A stretch of 64,000 nt of DNA, taken from NCBI RefSeq assembly GCF_009914755.1, contig NC_060938.1; one strand, given 5' to 3'. Origin of the DNA: the human T2T-CHM13v2.0 reference genome, Homo sapiens. Made by a program: the position numbers and the translations under genes. This document shows, one piece after another, positions 54,001 through 64,000 of the stretch (within the stretch, counting starts at the first letter, position 1; every line of letters begins with the position of its first letter). The notes under the pieces were generated by a model that saw only the letters and a program-made list of their open reading frames with translations, had not been told where the DNA came from and ran no database searches.

Positions 54001-56032
54001 ATAATTCTGCAGTGATCACCCAGGTGATGGGATTCTTGTCTAGGATCTACCTACAGGGGCATTGTGACATATGTCTGCAGTGATCACCCAGGTGATGTAA
54101 CGCTTGTCTGTATCTGCCTACTGGCGGCGTTGTGGCATATTTCTGCACTGATCACCCAGGTGATGGACTCTTGTCTTGGATCTGCCTATGGGGACATAGT
54201 GACATATCTCCGCACTGATCACTCATGTGATGTAACGCTTGTCTAAGCTGCGCCTAAAGGGGAATTGTGACAGATATCTCCACTGATCACCCAGGTGACG
54301 TAACAATTCTCTGGGGTTTGTCTACACGGGGCTTTGTGACATATCTTTGCACTGATGACCCAGGAGATATAACTCTTGTCTAGGCTCGGCCTACAGGGGC
54401 TTTGTGACATATTTCTGCTCTGATCACCCAGGTGATGTAACACTTTTTTGGCTCCTCCTGCAGGGGCTTTGTGAGATATCTCTGCACTTATCACCCAGGT
54501 GATGCAACTCTTGTCTAGGCTCCACCTACAGGGGGTATTGTGACGTATCTCTGCACTGATCACACAGGTGATGTAACTCTTGTCTAGGCTCCACCTACAG
54601 AAGGTATTGTGACATATCTCTGCACTGATCACCCAGGTGATGTAACATTTATCTAGACTCTGCCTACTGGGGCCTTTTGACATAGCTCTGCACAGATCAC
54701 CTCGGTTATGTAACTCTTGTCTTCTCTCTGCCTACAGGGGGCATTGTGAGATATCTCTGCACTGGTCACCCAGGTGATGGGACACTTCTCTATCCTCTGC
54801 CAAGAGGGGGATTTGTGACATATCTCTGCACTGATCACCCAGGTGATGGAAGACTTGTCTAGGCTCTGTCTATGGGGGCATTGTGTCAAATATCTGCACT
54901 GATCACCCGGGAGATGTAACTCTTGTCTAGGCTCTGTCTACGGAGATTTTTATGACATATCACTGCACTGATCACCTAAGTGATGTAGGCATTTTATGGG
55001 CTCTGCCTACAGAAGGCTTTGTGACATATCTATGCACTGATCTCTGAAGTGATGCAACTTTTGTCTAGGCACTGCCTACAGGGGACATTTGTACATATCT
55101 CTGCATTGATCACCCAGGTGATGAACTCTTGTTTTAGATCTGCCTACATGGACATTGTGACACATCTCTGAACTGATCAACCAAGTGATGAAACTCTTGT
55201 CAAGGCTCTGACTACAGGGTCTTTGTGACACATCTCTGCACTGATCACCCTGCGGAGGGAACTTTTGTCTATGCTCTGCCTACAGGAGGCTTTATGACTT
55301 ATTCCTGCACTGATAACCTAGCTGATATAAGGTTTTTCTAGGCTCTGCCTACACGGGAATTCTCCCATATCTCTGCACTGATCACCCGGGTGATGTAACA
55401 CCTGTGTAGGTTCAGCCTACAGGAGCGTTTTGACATATTTCTGCACTGATCACTCAGGTGATGTAACACTTGTCTAAGCTCTGCCTACTGGGGCAATGTG
55501 ACAGATCTCTCCACTGCTCACCCAGGTGATGTAACAATTGTCTGGGCTTTGCCTACAGAGGGCTTTGTGATATATATTTCCACTGATCAAACAGGTGATG
55601 TAACGCTTGTCAAGGTTACTCTTACAGGGGTTTTGTAACATATCTGCACTGATCACCCCAGGGAGGAAACACGTGTCTACACTCTACCTACTGGAGGCTT
55701 TATGACTTATCCCTGCACTGATCACTAGGTGATGTAACACTTGTCTAGGCTCTGTCTACACGGGAATTTTCACATATCTCTACACTGATCACCTAAGTGA
55801 TGTAACCCTTGCCTAGGTTCAGCCTACTGGGGATTTCTGACATACCTATGCACTGATAACAGTGGTGATGTAAATCATTTCCAGGCTTTTTGTACAGGGA
55901 ACATTGTGATATATCTCTGCACTGATCACCCAAATGATGCAAATCTTCTCTAGGCTCCGCCGGGAGGGGGCATTGTGACATATTTCTGAACTGATCATCC
56001 AGTAGATGTAACTATTCTCCAGGCTTTGACTA
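51004..56032 (-). repeat. Beta-satellite spacer S5 (~5.0 kb, ~74 monomers)
   Basis: Continuous 68-bp monomers. The diagnostic monomer variants tracked occur once each. Confidence 0.97.
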
Positions 56033-56349
56033 AAGAGTGTCAGAAAGTGTTGGGAGAGCCTCCTCTGGAAGTTCACGGACGGACAAGGGCACAGAGAGGC
56101 CAACTGGCTCCCTTGCATGTCAGCCGATGTGCGCAATGATCAGAGGTCTAGCCAGGAGGCCGGCAAAGAGAGCTAGAGGTCTGAGTTCCGCCGCCAGGAG
56201 CTCCATGGTGGCAGCTGGGAGGCTGCAGGTGTACGGGCGGGCCGGCGATGGTGGCGTGGAGGCGCAGAGGAGGCGAGCCGCCAGAGGGGTGTCAGTCCTG
56301 GATGCTGGGCAAGCCCGGTGTTTCCCGGGACATTGGTCTCCACCCAGCC
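56033..56349 (-). repeat. U6: 3' stub of a cassette (pLAM-like plus part of the LSau-like segment), cut at the inversion junction
   Basis: Matches the first ~315 nt of U1-U5 (plus-strand view) and stops at …TCTCCACCCAGCC. Confidence 0.9.
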
Positions 56350-57214
56350 TGGATACCAGGAGTGATACCTGGTTTCAGAATCGAAGGACCAGGCACCCGG
56401 GAGAGGCAGGCAGGGTGCCCACGCAGGCAGGCAGCCCGTACAATGCCTCCCCCGGTGGGTGTCACCCTGCTCCCTTCTGGGTCCACTTCACCCACACCGG
56501 CGCATGGGGAACGGGGCTTCCCACATCCCACGTGCCCTGCGCACCTGGGCATCTCCCACAGGGTTCTTTTGTGAGCCAGGGAGCGAAGGCCATCCCTGTG
56601 CTCCAGCCCAGCCAGGCTGCGCCAGCAGAGGGGATCTCCCAACCTTCCCGGCATGCGGGGATTTTGCCTACGCCGCCCTGCCTCCTCCGGAAGTGGCGTT
56701 CTCCGATCCTCAGGCTCCTTGGTGGCCTCCGCACCTGGGCAAAAGCCGGGAGGACGGAGACTCGCAGCGCGACAGCTTGCTGGGCCCTTGCGCGGTGGGA
56801 CAGCCTGGGCCCACTCAGGCGGGCCCACAGGGCCAAGGTGTGCTTGCGCCACCTGCGTCCCAGGGGAGTCCGTCGTGGGGTTGTGGCCGGTGTCCGCAGG
56901 TCGCCGGGGCGGCATGGGAACCCCAACCTGGGGCAGCCCCACCTCGCCAGCCCATGCCCCAGAGGCCTCTGCCCGGCAGTGGCAGATCCTAGGCATCCCG
57001 GCACCCTCCCAGGCACTCCAGGAGCCAGGGCGCTCTTCTGCATTCCCCTCCAGTGTGCTGCTGGATGAGCTCCTGGAGAGCGCAGAGTTTCTGCAGCTGG
57101 CAAAACCTTTCCTAGAAAGGAGGCCCCGGGGGAGCTGGAGGTCTCGGAAAAGACTGCCTCGCTGGAAGCACCCCTCAGCGAGGAAGAATACCGGGCTCTG
57201 CTCAGGAGCTTTAG
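56350..57214 (+). pseudogene. DUX4L: DUX4-like fragment (HD2 helix 3 to C-terminus) with several frameshifts
   Basis: [11 protein letters not shown]… then frame changes near 56646, ~56960 and ~57119. LLDELL motif present. TAG at 57212-57214. Confidence 0.9.
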
Positions 57215-57915
57215 GTCGCGGGGTTGGGATGGGATCGGATCGTGGCAGGGCGCTGGCCTCTCTTTCGCCGGGAACACCTGGCTGGCTAATGAGGGCCGTG
57301 ACTTACCCCGCCTCCTCAACTGGTCTGACCCGCCTGAGATTCCTGACTTCTAGGTCTAGGCCCGTTGAGAGACTCCACACAGCGGAGAACTCCCATTATT
57401 TCCTGGGCATCCTGGGGATCCCAGAGCCCTCCCAGGTACCAGCAGGTGGGCCGCCTACTGCGCACGCGCCCGTTTGCGGGCAGCCGCCTGGGCTGTGGGA
57501 GCAGCCCGGGCAGAGGTCTCATGCCTTTCCACCACCCCACCCCCCTGACCACCCCCTCCCCACCCCCACACCCCACCCCCGGAAAAAGCGCCCTCCCCTG
57601 GCCTGGGTGGAGACCCCCGTCCCACGAAACACCGGCCCACGCAGCGTCCTTTCCTGACTTCCCTTCGGTGGCTTGCATCCTCTGCACCTCCATGCCACCA
57701 TAGCCGGCCCACGCGTTCCCCTACAGCCTCCCAGCTGCCACCATGGAGCGCCTGGCGGCGGAATGCAGACGTCTAACACTCTTAGCAGTCCTCCTGGCTA
57801 GACCTGCACTCATTGCGTACCCCGGCTGATGTGCAAGGGAGCCCACTGGCCTCTCTGTGCCCTTGTCCGTCCTTGAAATTCCGGCTGAGGTTCTCCCACC
57901 ACCTTACGACGATCT
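56350..57915 (+). repeat. U7: 5'-truncated D4Z4-like cassette, forward orientation
   Basis: Begins inside HD2. KpnI at 57435-57440. pLAM-like segment at ~57790-57915. Confidence 0.92.
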
Positions 57916-57990
57916 TTAGTCAAAACCTGGAGAATAGTTACATCTCCTGGATGTTCAGTTCAGAAATATGTCACAATGCCCCCTCCCTGC
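57790..57990 (+). other. pLAM/DUX4-exon-3-like segment without the ATTAAA signal
   Basis: CTGGCTAG|ACCTG acceptor, then …CAGAAATAT-GTCACA-ATGCCCCCTCCCTG, where the recalled 4qA sequence has ATTAAA in place of GTCACA. Confidence 0.8.
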
Positions 57991-60900
57991 GGAGCCTGGA
58001 GATGATTTGCCTTATTTAGGTGATCAGTGCAGAGATGTATCACAATGTCCCCTGTACAAAAAGCCTGGAAACGATTTACATCACCTCGGTGATCAGTGCA
58101 AATGTATGTCAGAAATCCCCAGTAGGCTGAACCTAGACAAGGGTTACATCACTTAGGTGATCAGTGTAGAGATATATGAAAATTCCCGTGTAGTCAGAGC
58201 CAAGACAAGTGTTATGTCACCCAGTGATCAGGGAATGGATAAGTGGTAAAGCCTCCTGTAGGCAGAGTGTATACAACTGTTTCCTCCCTGGGGTGTTCAG
58301 TGCAGAGATATGTCACAAAGCCCCTTTAAGCAGAACCTTGACAAGTGTTACATCACCTCTTTGATAAGTGGAAATCTATATCACAAAGCCCCCTGAAGGC
58401 AAAGCCCACACAATTTGTACATCACCTTGGTGAGCCATGGCGAGATCTGTCACAATGCCCCTGTAGGCAGAGCTTAGACAAGTGTTACATCACCTGGGTT
58501 ATCAGTGCAGAGATATGTCAAAACGCTCCTGTAGGCTGAACCTAGAGAGGAGTTACATCACCTGGGTGATCAGTGCAGAGATATGGGAGAATTCCCGTGT
58601 AGGTAGAGCCTAGACAAGTGTTACATCAACTAGGTTATCAGTGCAGGTATAAGTCATAAAGCCTCCTGTAGGCAGAGCGTAGAAAAGAGTTCCCTCCCCA
58701 GGGTGAACAGTGCAGAGATGTGTCACAAAGCCCCTGTAGGCAGAGCCTGGAAAAGAGTTTCATCACTTGGTTGATCAGTTCAGAGATATGTCACAATGTC
58801 CCCTGTAGGCAAAGCCTAGGCAAGAGTTACATCACCTTTGTCATCAGTTCAGGGATATGTGAAAATGCCCCTGTAGGCAGAGCCTAGACAAGAGTTACAT
58901 CACCTAGTTGATCAGTGCAGAGATATTTCACAATACCCCCTGTAGGCAGATCCTAGAAAAGAGTTGAATCACCTGGGTGATCAGTGCACAGATATTTCAC
59001 AATGCCCCCTTTGGGCAGAGGGTAGACATGAGTTACATCACCTAGGTGATCAGTGCAGAGATTTGTCAAAATTCCCTGTAGGCAGTGCTTTTAAAGGTGT
59101 TACATAACCTAAGTGATCTGTGCAGAGATATGTCACAAAGCTCCTGTAGGCAAAACTTATGAGTTACATCACCTGGGTGATCAGTGCAAAGGTATGTCAC
59201 AAAGCCCCCTGCAGGCAAAACGTAGACAATATTTACATCACTTGGGTGATCAGTGGCGAGATCTCTCACAATTCCCCTGTCGGCAGAGCTTCTACAACAG
59301 TTACATCACCTGGGTGATCAATGCAGAGATATGTCAAAATGCCCCCATAGGCAGATCCAAGAAAAGAGTCTGTCACCTAGGTGGTCAGTGCAGAAATATG
59401 TCACAATGCCCCCTTAGGCAGAGACTATACAACAGCCCCATCACATGGATGATCAATGCAGGTATATGTCACAAAGTGCCTTTAGGCAGATCCTAGACAA
59501 GCGTTACATCACCTGGGTGATCAGTGCAGAAATATGTCACAATGCCACTGTAGCCAGAGCCTAGACAAGAGTTACATGACCTAGGTGATCAGTGCAGAGA
59601 TACATCGCAATGCCCCTGTAGGCAGAGCCTTGACAAGTGGTATATCACCTGGGTGATCATTGCAGGGATATGTCTCAAAGCACCCTGTAGGCAGATCCTA
59701 GAGAAGAGTTATATCACCTGGGTGATCAGTGTAGAAATATTTCACAGGCCCCCTGTAGGCAGAGCATAGACAAGAGTTATATCACCTGGGTGATCAGTGC
59801 AGTGATTTGTCACGATGCCTTGTAGCCAGAGCATAGACTAAAGTTACAGAACCTGGGAGATCAGTGCAGGGTTATGTCACAATGTCCCCAGTAGGCAGAG
59901 ATCAGGCAAGATTTGTATCACCTCGGGATCATTGCAGAGATATATCTCAATCCCCCTGTGGTCACAGCCTAGACAAGTGTTACATCACCTGGGTGATCAG
60001 GGCAGGGATATATCACAATGTCCCCTGTAAGCAGACCCCAGACAAGATTTACGTCACCTCGGGGACCAGTGAACAGTTATGTCTCAATGCCCCCTGTCGG
60101 TGAAGCCTACAAAAGAGTTACATCATCTCGGGGATCAGTGCAGTGATCTGTTAACATGCTCCTGTAGGCAGAGCCTAGACAAGAGTTACATCACCCGGGT
60201 GATCAGTGCAGAGATATCTCACAATACCCCCTGTAAGCACAGCCTAGACAAGAGTTATATCACCTGGGTGATCAGTGCAGGGATATGTCATAAATCCCAC
60301 TGTAGGCGAAGCCTAGACAATTTTTACTTCACCTCAGCCATCAGTGCAGAGACATGTCCAGATGTCCCTCTAGGCAGAGCTTAGACAAGAGTCACATCTC
60401 CTGGGTGGTCAGTGCAGAGATAATTCACAATGCCCCAATACACAGGGCCTAGACAATAGTTACATAACCCGGGTGATCCGTGCAGAGTGATGTCACAACA
60501 ACCTCTGTAGGCAGAGACTAGGAAACAGTTAAATCACCTGGGTGATCAGTGCAGAGATATTTCACCATGCCCCCTGTAGGCAGAGCATAGAGAAGAGTTG
60601 CATCACCTGGGTGATCAGTGTAGAGATATGTCACAATATCCACTGTAGGCAGAGCATAGAGAAGAATTACATCACCTGGGTGATCAGTGCAGAGATATGT
60701 CACAATGTCGCCTGTGGGCAAAGCCTAGGCAAGAGTTACATCACCTTTGTCATCAGTTCAGGGATATGTGAAAACGCCCCTGCAGGCAGAGCCTAGACAA
60801 TAGTTACATCCCCTAGTTGATCAGTGCAGAGATATTTCACAATGCCCCCTTAGGCAGATCCTAGACAAGAGTTGAATCACCAGGGTGATCAGTGCAGAGA

Positions 60901-62741
60901 TATTTCACAATGCACCCTTTGGGCAGAGGGTAGAAAAGAGTTACATCACCTAGGTGATCAGTGTGGAGACTTTTCAAAATTCCCTGTAGACAGTGCTTAT
61001 AAAAGTGTTACATCACCTAAATGATCAGTGCAGAGATATGTCACAAAGCTCCTGTAGCAGAACTTAGATGAGTTACGTCACCTGCGTGATCAGTGCAAAT
61101 TTATGTCACAAAGCCCCCTGTAGGCAAAGCCTAGACAATAGTTACATCACTGGGGTGATCAGTGGCGAGATCTCTCACAATTCCCCTGTAGGCAGAGCTT
61201 ATACAACACTTACATCTCCTGGGTTATCAGTGCAGAGATATGACCCAAGGTCCCCATAGGCAGATCCAAGACAAGAGTCCGTCACCTGGGTGATCAGTGC
61301 AGAAATATGTCACAATGCCCCCTTAGGCAGAGCCTAGACAAAAGCCCCATCACCTGTATGATCCTTGGAGAGTTATGTCACAAAGTCCCTTTAGGCAGAT
61401 CCTAGACAAGAGTTATATCACTTGGATGATCAGTGCAGAGATATTTCACAATGCCACCTTAGGCAGAGTCTAGACAAGAGTTACATGACCTAGGTGATCA
61501 GCGCAGAGATACATCACAATGTCCCTGCAGGCAGAGCCTTGACAAGTGGTACATCACCTGGGTGATCATTGCAGGGATATGTCGCAAAGCACCCTGTAGG
61601 CAGATCCTAGAAAATAGTTACATCACCTGGGTGATCAGTGCAGAGATATGTCACAAGCCCCCTGTAGGCAGAGCATAGACAAGAGTTATATCACCTGTGT
61701 GATCAGTGCAGAGATATGTCACAAGCCCCCTGTAGGCAGAGCCTAGACAAGAGTTATATCACCTGGGTGATCAGTGCAGTGATATGTCACAATGCCGTGT
61801 AGCCGGAGCCTAGACTAAAGTTACAGCACCTGGGAGATCAGTGCAGAGACATGTCACAATATCCCCAGTAGGCAGAGACCAGGCAAGAGTTGGGTCACCT
61901 CTGGATCAGTGCAGAGATATGTCTCAATCTCCCTGTGGGCACAGCCTAGACAAGAGTTACATCACTTCAGTTAACAGTGCAGAGATATGTCAAAATGCCC
62001 CTGTAGGCAGAGCCTACACAAGTGTTACCATCACTTAGGTGATCAGTGCAGAGATATGTCACAATACACCCTGTAAGCAGAGCCTAGACCAGAGTTACAT
62101 CACCTGGGTGATCAGTGCAGTGATATGTGACAAGGTCCCTTTAAGCAGAGCCTAGACAATAGTTACATCACCTGAGTAATCAGTGCAGAGATATGTCACA
62201 ATGACCCCACAGACAAATCCAAGACAAGAATCTGTCACCTAGGTGATCAGTGCAGAAATTTGTGACAATGTCCCCAGTAGTCAGAGCCTAGAGAAGAGTC
62301 CCATCACCTGGGTGATCAGTGCAGAGATATTTCACAATGCCCCTGCAGGCAGAGCATAAGCAAAAGTCACATCACCTAGATGATCAGTGCAGAGATATGT
62401 CATAAGGCCCCTATAAGCAGAGCCTGGACAAGAGTTACATCACCTCGGTGATCAATGCAGTGATATGTCACTATGCCCCGTAGGCAGAGCCTAGTAACGC
62501 GTTACATCACCTGGGTGATTAGTGCAGAGATATGTCACAAAGCCACCATACACAGAGCCTAGGCAAGAGTCCCATCACTTGGGTGATCAGTGCAGAAATA
62601 TGTCATAATGCCCCCATTGGCAGATCCAACACAAGAGTTACATCACCTGGGTGATCAGTGCAGAGATATGTCACAAAGCCCCTGTAGGCAGAGCCTAGAC
62701 AAGTGTTACATCACTTTGTAGATTAGGTCAGAGATATGTCA
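57916..62741 (+). repeat. Beta-satellite spacer S6 (~4.8 kb), forward orientation
   Basis: Continuous forward 68-bp monomers. Confidence 0.97.
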
Positions 62742-63349
62742 TGCTGACTGTTTGCTCCCGGAGCTCTGGAGGCACCTGGAAACATGCAGGGAAGGGTGGA
62801 AGACCGGCATGGTGCCTTCACTCTCCTTGCCAGTTTCCAAACCGGCCACACTGCAGACTCCCCATGTTGCTGCACACAGGAATCCATCTTCAGGCCATCA
62901 CGCCGGGGAGGTATCTTCTCTCTGGGGTCTCACTCTGGTCTCCTACGTGGAAATGAACGAGAGCCACACGCCTGCGCGAGTGAGACTGTCCCGGAAACGG
63001 CGACACCCACAGGCACTGCCTCCTTCACCGATAGAGGGACTGGAACACTCAAGACTTCCTCGGAGGTTCAGTTCTACACTCCCCTCCACCGTCCCAGGCC
63101 GGTTTTTCCCTGCTGAAGACGCTTTGGAACCCTGAGAGCCTCTTCCAGTTCCCACGGGATTCCTGGAGAGTTCCGGAGAGCCAGCCCCCAAAACACGCCA
63201 CCCTCACCCCTTCCCCCTAGAACCCTTCCTCTTCGTCTCTCCGGTCCCACCACCACCCTCACCACGCCCTCCCCCCACACACCACCACACCCCGGCCGCA
63301 GGCCTCGACGCCCTGGTACCCTTCCGTGGTGGGGCGAGCTGTCCCAGGG

Positions 63350-64000
<651 letters not shown>

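Noticed and set aside
63315-63320. Extra KpnI site in U8 as a unit boundary
   Set aside because: It is a single-base variant of the GGGACC seen in other copies and is not structural.

Overview
This window is hominoid (most likely human) heterochromatin, not prokaryotic DNA. About 47 kb is 68-bp beta-satellite (Sau3A/BSR). It is interrupted by eight D4Z4-related DUX4-like cassettes: five complete ~2.77-kb units on the minus strand (U1-U5), one 3' stub (U6) fused back-to-back to a 5'-truncated plus-strand unit (U7), and one plus-strand unit cut by the window edge (U8). The arrangement matches the LSAU/D4Z4-BSAT composite arrays of acrocentric short arms and pericentromeres; I cannot assign a chromosome. 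Each cassette reproduces the distal 4qA layout (promoter, DUX ORF, KpnI site, LSau-like segment, pLAM/exon-3-like segment, beta-satellite), and the junctions are the same in every copy. The satellite spacers are ordered series of monomer variants, giving a basic composite unit of ~7.8 kb. Array polarity flips twice, at ~490 and ~56349. All DUX copies carry early stops or truncations except U3. U3 keeps a 311-codon ORF with both homeodomains, a CATAA/GC-box promoter, the exon-2/3 splice acceptors, and a private ATTAAA in the downstream satellite, making it the best candidate for an unrecognised expressible truncated DUX paralogue. Comparisons to DUX4, 4qA and pLAM rely on recalled reference sequence and need alignment to confirm.
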